A stretch of DNA of 30,571 nt from an uncultured Pseudomonadota bacterium (lineage in GTDB: Bacteria; SAR324; NAC60-12), in NCBI GenBank assembly GCA_913020725.1, contig CAJWCD010000025.1, positions 1-30,571 on the forward strand. The letters are read 5' to 3'. Each line of letters begins with the position of its first letter. Position 1 is the first letter of the stretch. Shown piece after piece: positions 8,113-15,759 of this stretch. Made by a program: the position numbers and the translations under genes. The notes beneath the pieces were generated by a model. It worked only from the letters and a program-made list of their open reading frames with translations, was not told where the DNA came from and did no database searches.

Positions 8113-8745
8113 TCAGAGCTTTGCCAGCCGTTGCAAACGCTGCCGATAAGCGGCAACAGCGGTTTCCGGAAGTTCCAAACCTGCATCCTCGGCCAGTTGC
8201 GCGACCCGTCGGTTTGAAGCCCGGGGTTGTTCCCGCAGGATTTCGTAGAGAAACCCTAGGCTTTCGGAATCCAGTTCCCGGTATTCCGGTTCTTGCAATT
8301 CCTCCAACGCCTCGCGGGTGAGGCCATAGGCTTCCCGCACCTCCGCCTCCGCCTCTCCAGATTCCAGCAACTGCCGGACCTCCTGCTGCTCTGCAACGCT
8401 GAGTTGCTCCAGTGAACGCCCGACCGTTACTCCTTGCTGCCGACACCAACGGGTCAGCAACAGGATGGTCACACCAATTTCCTCGGCAATCTGTTCAGGT
8501 GCGGCACCGCCTGCAATCCTCGAAACGGCAACGGAGCGTTCCGCCTCGCTGGTGCGGCGACTGCGCTGCGGGGTTCCCTGTTTTTCGCGGAAACCGGCGC
8601 TTGTGGCGACTTCCCGAACGAGGCTGACCGGAATCCCCAACCGCTCCGCGACCTCTTGTTCGGTGTCCCCGGAATCAAGCTCAACCGCGATGCGGATGCG
8701 CCCCAGCCCATCGCTCTCATCTGCGGTTCCCGCTTTGCGTGACAT
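8113..8745 (-). CDS. Tandem helix-turn-helix DNA-binding protein (about four HTH-like units)
   Basis: TEQEVAERLGIPVSLVREV, APEQIAEEIGVTILLLTRW, AEAEVREAYGLTREALEEL and SNRRVAQLAEDAGLELPETAVAAYRQRL. ATG 8745 with AGAGGG RBS. Confidence 0.75.
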   Translation of the reverse strand: MSRKAGTADESDGLGRIRIAVELDSGDTEQEVAERLGIPVSLVREVATSAGFREKQGTPQRSRRTSEAERSVAVSRIAGGAAPEQIAEEIGVTILLLTRWCRQQGVTVGRSLEQLSVAEQQEVRQLLESGEAEAEVREAYGLTREALEELQEPEYRELDSESLGFLYEILREQPRASNRRVAQLAEDAGLELPETAVAAYRQRLQRLAKL

Positions 8746-8780
8746 GGCCCTCTTTCTTAATGCTGCTTCCAAAACGATGG

Positions 8781-8800
8781 TTCACCGCAGAGACGCAGAG
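8781..8800 (+). repeat. Half copy of the TCACCGCAGAGACGCAGAG palindromic repeat family
   Basis: TTCACCGCAGAGACGCAGAG is near-identical to the arms of the hairpin at 15643-15720. Confidence 0.65.
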
Positions 8801-8841
8801 CGCGGATTCATATCTTTCTGTGTCTTGATTCGCCAAATCAA

Positions 8842-9168
8842 TCATACCTCGCCCTCCTTGCTTTGGCTCAGATCCTTGAGCAGCGCATCCGCTTGGTTCA
8901 GGCGAGAAGCACGATTTTCGTTTGCATACTGCTGAATTCGTTGCAGTAATTCCTCGTTTGACAGACCCCGCAGGGCTTCCGCCAGCGGCTCTTCTCTGGT
9001 TCTGGAACGTTCCAGTGCCTCCACGATGATCTGCCCAAGGTGCAGATTATCCCCCTTGGTCAGTATCCGCAGAAGTTTGAACAGTTCATCCAGATGATTT
9101 CCGGGGCGTTGCTCGCGCTGGCCGAGGAATTTTGCGGCCTCACCGGAAAGTTTGCTGTGGTTGGTCAT
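8842..9168 (-). CDS. Hypothetical helical protein (108 aa)
   Basis: ATG-started ORF filling the gap between the HTH gene and ltaE; no recognisable motif. Confidence 0.65.
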   Translation of the reverse strand: MTNHSKLSGEAAKFLGQREQRPGNHLDELFKLLRILTKGDNLHLGQIIVEALERSRTREEPLAEALRGLSNEELLQRIQQYANENRASRLNQADALLKDLSQSKEGEV

Positions 9169-9290
9169 GGGAATTATTGCAAGTCTTTGCTAAGAGTGTT
9201 GGAATTGGAGGGCGTCTGCAAGTCTGTTTTGCAGCTCACTCTGGCAGATTCACCCTTTGATCCCTTGAACCTTTTGCGAAAAAACACCCG

Positions 9291-10313
9291 ATGATTGATT
9301 TGCGCAGCGATACCGTCACTAAGCCCACCCCCGCGATGCGGCAAGTGATGGCTGTAGCCGAGGTGGGCGATGATGTGTATGGCGATGACCCCGCCGTCAA
9401 CGCACTCGAAGCCCGTACCGCCGAAATCCTCGGCATGGAGGCCGCCGTGTTCATGTCCTCCGGGACCATGACCAACCAAGTCGCTTTACGCACCCATACG
9501 GAGCCTGCCGACGAAATCTTCCTCGCGGACAACGCCCACATCTACTGCGACGAGGCAGGAGGTGCTGCGGCACTTTCCGGCGTGAGTTGCACTCCTCTGA
9601 GCAATGAACGCGGGGTGTTTAATGTTGCCATACTGGAAAAGGCGATCCGCCCCCGCAACCTCCACTACCCGCAGCCCAAGCTGGTGTGCGTGGAGAACAC
9701 CAGCAACGTCGGACGAGGGCGCATTTGGCCGCTAGAGACGCTGGCCGAGGTGGCCGACTATGCCCGCTCCAAGGGGCTGAAAATGCACCTCGACGGGGCA
9801 CGGCTTTGGAACGCTGCCGTGGCCTCCGGAGTTCCGGAGGCAGAAATCGCCCAGCATTTTGATTCGGTGAGCGTGTGCTTCTCAAAGGGGCTGGGCGCTC
9901 CGGTGGGGTCCGCGTTGGCAGGCTCGCAGGAGTTCGCGGAACGGGCGCGGCGCTTCCGGAAGCAGTACGGCGGGGGAATGCGGCAGGCGGGGATCATTGC
10001 CGCCGGTGCGCTGTACGGCCTTGATCACCAGCGGGACCGCCTTGCAGACGATCACCAAAACGCCTGTGCTCTCGCGGAGGGGCTTGCCCGGATTGACGGT
10101 GTTTCAATTGACGTGGAGAGCGTGGAAACCAATCTGGTGTACTTTGGACTGGAACGCCTGGACCCCAGTGCATTGGTGAAGCGACTGAACGAACGGGACG
10201 TGCTGCTGTTGTCGGCGGGTCCGGGGATCCTCCGTGCTGTGCCGAACTTGATGGTGGATGCGAAGATGATCCAAACCGCCCTCGGACACATCAAGGAGAT
10301 TGTCGAGGGCTGA
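9291..10313 (+). CDS. ltaE: Low-specificity L-threonine aldolase (PLP-dependent)
   Basis: MIDLRSDTVTKPT, VGDDVYGDDP, SGTMTNQ, ENT, HLDGARLWNA, CFSKGLGAPVGS (PLP Lys) and GGGMRQAG. Confidence 0.95.
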   Translation: MIDLRSDTVTKPTPAMRQVMAVAEVGDDVYGDDPAVNALEARTAEILGMEAAVFMSSGTMTNQVALRTHTEPADEIFLADNAHIYCDEAGGAAALSGVSCTPLSNERGVFNVAILEKAIRPRNLHYPQPKLVCVENTSNVGRGRIWPLETLAEVADYARSKGLKMHLDGARLWNAAVASGVPEAEIAQHFDSVSVCFSKGLGAPVGSALAGSQEFAERARRFRKQYGGGMRQAGIIAAGALYGLDHQRDRLADDHQNACALAEGLARIDGVSIDVESVETNLVYFGLERLDPSALVKRLNERDVLLLSAGPGILRAVPNLMVDAKMIQTALGHIKEIVEG

Positions 10314-10317
10314 ATGC

Positions 10318-11016
10318 TCAGACTGGTTTCACGGAAGGAGCGGGCTTGGAGGTTGGTCCTGTGCACACCGACTTGACGGTTTCAGCGTACCACTTGCCGC
10401 CGCGCTTGGAGGGGTAGCGTTTTGTGTTGAGGAATTTGGCAATGCGGTGGTAGCTCAAGCCTTCGCCACGCTGCTCCCGGATGATATGCGCGAGGCGCTG
10501 CTCGCGTTCGTGTGCCACCAAAATCCCCCGCACATAGTGAAATCCGAAAGGGGCGTGTCCGACACGCTCACCCTGGTCGCGCTTGCGTTCGATGAACTCA
10601 CGGGTGCGGTCGGGAATGCGGCGGTTCTCCCAGCGTCCTACATGCCCCAGTGCCTGCAAAACCGCCCTCCCGGATTTGGTGTTGCTGTCCAAATCGTCTG
10701 CCAGCGCCACCAGCCGCACCTTGTGTTCCGCCAATAAGTCCAACAACCCGGCCACCTTGCGGATGTCCCGTCCCAAACGGTCGAGCCTTGGGACGACCAG
10801 CACGGAGACCTTTCCGGAAATGATCAGTTGCTTGAGGTGATTGAGTCGCGGCCAGTGCTCACTGCGATCCGAAATCACAATGTCCCGTAGTGTTTGCTTG
10901 AAGGGCCAGCCCTGCGATTCTGCAAAACTCCGGATCATGCGGGACTGTTGGAGCAGCGAAAATTTTTGGGGGCGGGGGCGGCGACTGTTGATGCGAATGT
11001 ATCCGTAAACACTCAT
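10318..11016 (-). CDS. Serine recombinase/resolvase-family protein with C-terminal recombinase DNA-binding domain; catalytic Ser replaced by Asn
   Basis: GYIRINS (canonical GYxRVST), SLLQQ and LVVPRLDRLGR, followed by GHAPFGF...GLSYHRIAKFLN..YPSKRGGKWYAETVKSV. ATG 11016. Confidence 0.85.
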   Translation of the reverse strand: MSVYGYIRINSRRPRPQKFSLLQQSRMIRSFAESQGWPFKQTLRDIVISDRSEHWPRLNHLKQLIISGKVSVLVVPRLDRLGRDIRKVAGLLDLLAEHKVRLVALADDLDSNTKSGRAVLQALGHVGRWENRRIPDRTREFIERKRDQGERVGHAPFGFHYVRGILVAHEREQRLAHIIREQRGEGLSYHRIAKFLNTKRYPSKRGGKWYAETVKSVCTGPTSKPAPSVKPV

Positions 11017-11050
11017 TTGCTTTCCATTCGATAAGGGTGTTTTTTTGATT

Positions 11051-12601
11051 TTAGGTGGTTGCCGGACGGTCGAGGACGCGGTATTGAATCGCCTCGGCAA
11101 CATGAGCGGACTGGATGTTTTCGGAAGCGGCGAGGTCCGCGATAGTCCGGGAAACTTTGAGGATGCGGTCGTAGGCGCGTGCGCTCAAGCCCATGCGTGT
11201 GATGGCGTTCTCCAGCAGGGACCGCGAAGCAACATCCGGGGTTGCGTACTGCTCCAAAAATTTGCTGGAGATGTGGGCATTTGAGCGGATGGGAGTCTCC
11301 CGAAAACGCACCCGCTGCACACCTCTGGCTTGCTCCACTCGTTGACGGACCGTCGCAGTGGATTCGCCACGGCGGGTGTCTGCGAGTTGCGCGTAGTCCA
11401 CAGCAGGCACCTGCACATGCAGGTCAATGCGGTCCAAAAGTGGCCCGGAAATGCGGGTGCGGTAGCGTTCGATCTGCTTGGGGGTGCAGTGGCATTCCTT
11501 GCGGTATTTACCTTCACCGACGCTGCTGCCAGCGTAGCCGCACGGGCAGGGGTTCATCGCCGCTAACAGCATAAAATCGCAGGGGAATTCCAATGACATC
11601 ACGGCCCGCGCAATGGTCAGTTTGCGATCCTCGATGGGCTGTCGCAGCAGTTCAAGGATGTTCCGGGAGAACTCCGGGAGTTCGTCGAGGAACAGCACGC
11701 CGTTGTGGGCGAGCGAGATTTCTCCGGGCGTGGGCACGGTGCCGCCTCCCACCAAGCCCGCTGAGGAGATCGTGTGGTGCGGCGAGCGAAAGGGCCGCTC
11801 CGTGAGCATCGGCGTGTCTGAATGCAGCAGCCCGGTGATGCTGTGGATTTTCGTGCATTCCAGCGCTTCCTCGAAGGAAAGTGTGGGCAACAACGAACCC
11901 ATGCGGCGGGCGAGCATCGTTTTGCCCGATCCCGGAGGTCCGGCCATCAGCAGATTGTGTCCTCCTGCCGCCGCGATTTCGAGGGCGCGTTTCACTTGCT
12001 CCTGTCCCTTGACCTCTTGCAAATCCTCGTAATCCTCTCGATGCGACTGGAACCACTCTTTTGGGTCAAAGCGACCCTGCTCAATCTCAACGCTGCCCTG
12101 AAAATAGCCCACCAATTCCTCCAGCCGTGCAACTGGAACCCTCTGCATGTTCGAGACGATGGCCGCCTCAGCTTCGTTTTCCTTGGGCAACACAAGGCCG
12201 CGCAATCCCTTGGCTTTCGCCGCGATGGTCATGGGCAGCACTCCTGTGACGGGCTTGATCTGTCCGTCCAGCGAAAGCTCCCCCACCATCATGTACTCCG
12301 CCAGCGTTTCCGCAGGCAGCAGTCCCGCCGCCCCCAGCAAGGCAATTGCGATGGGGAGGTCAAACCCGGAGCCAATCTTGCGCAAGGGTGCCGGAGCGAG
12401 GTTGACCACGATTTTGCGGATCGGCAAGCTGAAGCCGGAGTTGGCCAACGCCGCGAGGATGCGGTCCCGGCTTTCCCGGATGGTGCCATCGGGCAATCCG
12501 ACGATGGTGAACTGGCTCAGTCCAAGCGAGAGGTCCACCTCCACGTCAATGCAGTGAGCGTCCACACCGAGGACGGTGGCAGAATGGGTTTTGGCGATCA
12601 T
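11051..12601 (-). CDS. comM: ComM/YifB Mg-chelatase-like AAA+ ATPase (competence helicase)
   Basis: IVGLPD..IRESRDRI, NLAPA..K.GSGFDLPIA, GELSLDG, Walker A GPPGSGKT, RPFRSPHHT, PGEISLAHNGVLFLDE, AMNPCPCG, SGPLLDRID and SARAYDRILKVSRTIADL. RBS AGAGGA. Confidence 0.95.
   Translation of the reverse strand: MIAKTHSATVLGVDAHCIDVEVDLSLGLSQFTIVGLPDGTIRESRDRILAALANSGFSLPIRKIVVNLAPAPLRKIGSGFDLPIAIALLGAAGLLPAETLAEYMMVGELSLDGQIKPVTGVLPMTIAAKAKGLRGLVLPKENEAEAAIVSNMQRVPVARLEELVGYFQGSVEIEQGRFDPKEWFQSHREDYEDLQEVKGQEQVKRALEIAAAGGHNLLMAGPPGSGKTMLARRMGSLLPTLSFEEALECTKIHSITGLLHSDTPMLTERPFRSPHHTISSAGLVGGGTVPTPGEISLAHNGVLFLDELPEFSRNILELLRQPIEDRKLTIARAVMSLEFPCDFMLLAAMNPCPCGYAGSSVGEGKYRKECHCTPKQIERYRTRISGPLLDRIDLHVQVPAVDYAQLADTRRGESTATVRQRVEQARGVQRVRFRETPIRSNAHISSKFLEQYATPDVASRSLLENAITRMGLSARAYDRILKVSRTIADLAASENIQSAHVAEAIQYRVLDRPATT
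12570..12601 (-). repeat. Direct repeat copy 1 (5' end of comM)
   Basis: ATGATCGCCAAAACCCATTCTGCCACCGTCCT; 27/32 identical to 13910-13941. Confidence 0.8.
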
Positions 12602-12616
12602 GATTCCTCTGCTTCC

Positions 12617-13941
12617 TTACAACTGGTCGGTACCGCCCAGCACAAAGGCGCCATAGACGGATGGAGTGTAGCCCTGCGCTCTGAGAGTGTCCCTTGCCGT
12701 GAACCAAGCCTTTGCCAGATTTCCTCCGCTCGCCTCCTGGTGAAAAATCTCCATGAAGATGTGGGGCCTTCGTCTTCAATCGTCCACAAACTGCTGAGAA
12801 CCGCCAAAGTTCCGCCGAGGTAAAAACTGCGGGTCAGTCCCAGCAAATCCTCACCGGACACGCGCTTGCCCATGCCCGTTTCGCAGCCGGAACGCACAAC
12901 GAATTGCGCGGGCAGCGGTTGTTCAAAGATCGCCCGCGCAGTCAGAGCATACGCCCGTTCTCCCCGGCTGAGGAAAACGGTGGAGTCCAGCGGATCGCGG
13001 GACGAGAATTCACCATGCGTCGCCAAGTGCAAAACCCGGACTCCCCGCCCCAGCCTTTGTCGCAACGCAGCTTCGGTGGCTTGTCTGCCCAGCAAAGGTG
13101 TGACTTGGTACAGTTCCCCAAGGCGTTCCGCTTCCTTTCGCGCTCCTGCCAAAGGCACCAGTTCTCCACCAAACTCTGGATCACCCGCAATGACGACGGG
13201 TGTTTCCGAAACAAGCGGTTTTGGCTGACGCAGCAACCATCCGCCATTGGGAAGCACAACCACTGGAGTTTTCAGATCAAACACCCCCCAAGGTACAAAG
13301 TGCAGCGCATCCGCAGGCACAAAATAGAGCATCCGCCCTACAGCCCAAGTCTGTGGCGCCAATCCGGAGGTCAATTCCTGCACGGCCTCGTTCTCATCGT
13401 CCTCGTCGCCGATGGCATCCACGAAATTTCCGAGCCAAATCTGGATTTCCGAGCGCAGGGCGAGGGAGTTCATGGAATGCCCCATGAACGATTTTTCGAG
13501 TTCCAGCGTGCGTTCGATCTCCGTTTCCGCATCGGCCGAACGCCCCATCATCATCAGGATTTGCACACGCAGAAAGGAAATCTGCCAAAGCGTTCCCACC
13601 TCGACCGCCCGGATTTCCGCCGCTTCGAGCGCCAGCAACGCAGCCTCCCCGTCCCCGCCCAAATAAGTGTCGTAGGCCAGTTCCAGTTCCGGAGTGGTCG
13701 GGACACCATAGGGATTTTTTTCGCGGACACGAGGCATCTGAAGGGTTCGGGTTGGCACGGCGGTGGACGGCAGCACGCTACGCGGTGGCGGCCCGGCTAC
13801 AATGAACCGGGCGAGGGTTTCCGGCGGCAATTGCAGTTCCGAGGACTGTCGCTGAAGATCCGGAAGGCCGACGGATAAGCAGCCGGACAAGAACACCAAG
13901 CTCAGGACAAGGACAGCGGCAGCATGAATTTTGGCGATCAT
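12617..13941 (-). pseudogene. CHAT-domain (caspase/HetF-like) TPR lipoprotein, frameshifted near the 3' end and probably internally deleted
   Basis: Lipobox LSGC, TPR-like helices, VP..ALHFVPW, GDPEF, LAGARKEA, HLATHG (His), VVRSGCETG (Cys) and SLW. After IEDEG at GGGG 12763-12766, the canonical CHAT tail HIFMEIFHQE...YTPSVYGAFVLGG continues in another frame to TAA at 12617. As read, the ORF ends at 12598. Confidence 0.8.
13910..13941 (-). repeat. Direct repeat copy 2 (comM-like 5' end forming the start of the CHAT gene)
   Basis: ATGATCGCCAAAATTCATGCTGCCGCTGTCCT encodes MIAKIHAAAVL, versus comM MIAKTHSATVL. Confidence 0.8.
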
Positions 13942-14027
13942 TGCATTGACAGGAAGATTGACGTAAGCTGACAGAAATCTACGGAAGCTGCCACCTGAGC
14001 GCAAGCCAATTCCTAACCCACGGCCAA

Positions 14028-15605
14028 ATGTCTGAGGATTCCTCATCGGTTCAGATCGATCCCATCAGCGGGGATCACTTTGACGACCTCCTGCTGCTGA
14101 TTGATCCGGAAAAAAAACGGAGTGCTCTTGAATCCGCATGGGGGCAGCTTCGCCAGCAAATCCACGCCCACACCTCTCGTCCGGAACACCTTGACCTCAA
14201 CGCTATTTTTTTGGACATCGTGCGGCTGGAGGTGCTGATGTACCCCATCGTGCGGGATTGGAAGCAGCCGCTCTCCAATCAGGAATGGGAGCATCTTGAA
14301 AGTCAATCCAAGCTGCTGGAGCAACAGCAGGAGCGTTTCAAGAAACTCTCGCTTCAATTCCGGCGTTCTCGTCCTGATGCGTATCCGGAGGTTGCGGCTC
14401 TCTTCAACCGAGCACTAGCGACGACGCAGGAATTGCGGAACACTTGGAGCCGTTTCCGGCGCGAATGGCAGGATTACAAGCGCGAGTGGGAAGCGATCAA
14501 CGCACAACGCCGACAGGTTCGTCAACAGCAGCGCAAGGAGGGGCAGTCCACTGAGTCGGAAATCAAACTTCCGGAATACCCGGTCCTACCTGCGGTGTTC
14601 CGGCGTGATCACTGGTTGGTGCAGAGGCTCATCGTGCGGATGCTGGATGTCGAACTGCGGTTCCGAACCCTCCAAAAACCCGAGGACGACGATGGGAAAC
14701 ACCCCGGAGTGAAGTTTCTGGTGGGGGAACTGCGGCGAGTGTTTCAGCACACCCAAGGGTTTGAACTGTTGGACAAGATTAAACTGATCCAACAACGCAA
14801 TGCACAGCTTATTCAGGAATTGGAACCTGCCTTCGGCGAAGCTATCGTCACCCCGGATTTGCACGATGAAGAACACCCCACCAGCGAGCGAAAACCTACA
14901 GCACCCGCTCCAAAAGTTGAGAAACCCGCACAAAAAAACCGCTCCCGGCTTTGGTTGCTTGCGGGCTTGACGGCATTGCTAATGATCGGCGGGGGCTTGT
15001 TTTTTCTGCCAACGAACCCTCAACCGCCACAGACGATCAAGCGGCTCAAGTTCAATCCCAAGGGCACGACCCTGACCGCCGATTCTCCCGAAAATTCCAA
15101 AATTAAATCGGACGGTTTGGAGGCCATGCTGGCATCATTCAATCTCGATTTCGGAATCAAGGACGCCGATCCCCGGATGTTGCGCTTGAACGATGCAAAA
15201 GGCTCCGAGCGGCAAAGTCTCATCAATGAACTGCTGGAAGAATTTGGACAGGAGGCCCGTTTCTTGTTCGCAAATGCAAAAGGCACCGCCCTGTTTTGGA
15301 TGGGCGAGCTTGAACAATTTGCCAATCCGCAACAAGCCCGTAAGGCGTTGGAAAATCTGGAGCGGCGGCTCAAGCGTATCCGTGCGCTTTTCACAGAAGT
15401 CGGGGCAAATCCCAAGAACTCACGGGTTGTTCCGGACCTCGTGGATGGCGAGCCGACCTATGCGTTGGAGTCCGTGACCGCCAAGGGGGAACCTGTCCGC
15501 ATGTACGTTGATGGCGAGGGCGTGCGCCTGCGTTTGAGCAACGGCCAGTTCATGCCGCAGAAACTCTCTCCCCAAGCCGCCCGCAAGCGCTTGGCCCAAC
15601 CCTGA
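14028..15605 (+). CDS. Hypothetical bitopic membrane protein (helical/coiled-coil N-terminus, one TM, C-terminal domain)
   Basis: 525-aa ORF with Q/E/R-rich helices, a Pro-rich linker and TM segment RSRLWLLAGLTALLMIGGGLFFL. Confidence 0.8.
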   Translation: MSEDSSSVQIDPISGDHFDDLLLLIDPEKKRSALESAWGQLRQQIHAHTSRPEHLDLNAIFLDIVRLEVLMYPIVRDWKQPLSNQEWEHLESQSKLLEQQQERFKKLSLQFRRSRPDAYPEVAALFNRALATTQELRNTWSRFRREWQDYKREWEAINAQRRQVRQQQRKEGQSTESEIKLPEYPVLPAVFRRDHWLVQRLIVRMLDVELRFRTLQKPEDDDGKHPGVKFLVGELRRVFQHTQGFELLDKIKLIQQRNAQLIQELEPAFGEAIVTPDLHDEEHPTSERKPTAPAPKVEKPAQKNRSRLWLLAGLTALLMIGGGLFFLPTNPQPPQTIKRLKFNPKGTTLTADSPENSKIKSDGLEAMLASFNLDFGIKDADPRMLRLNDAKGSERQSLINELLEEFGQEARFLFANAKGTALFWMGELEQFANPQQARKALENLERRLKRIRALFTEVGANPKNSRVVPDLVDGEPTYALESVTAKGEPVRMYVDGEGVRLRLSNGQFMPQKLSPQAARKRLAQP

Positions 15606-15745
15606 TGCGGTCGCAAACCGCAGCATTGCCTAAAACATTGCTTCACCGCAGGGGCGCAGAGGGCACAGAGGCTTGTTTTCATACAATTTTTTATCTGCGC
15701 GCTCTGCATCTCTGCGGTGATTTTTCATTTTTTCCGAGACCATCA
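15603..15745. mobile_element. MITE-like element: imperfect terminal inverted repeats enclosing a TCACCGCAG hairpin
   Basis: Left end TGATGCGGTCGCAAA versus reverse complement of the right end TGATGGTCTCGGAAA (11/15). Internal arms TCACCGCAGGGGCGCAGAG (15643-15661) and CTCTGCATCTCTGCGGTGA (15702-15720). Confidence 0.55.
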
Positions 15746-15759
15746 GCCCTGAAATCTCT

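Noticed and set aside
10318..13941. Intact integrative element or prophage at comM
   Set aside because: comM is uninterrupted, the recombinase lies outside the two repeats and lacks Ser10, and there are no replication, conjugation or phage genes.
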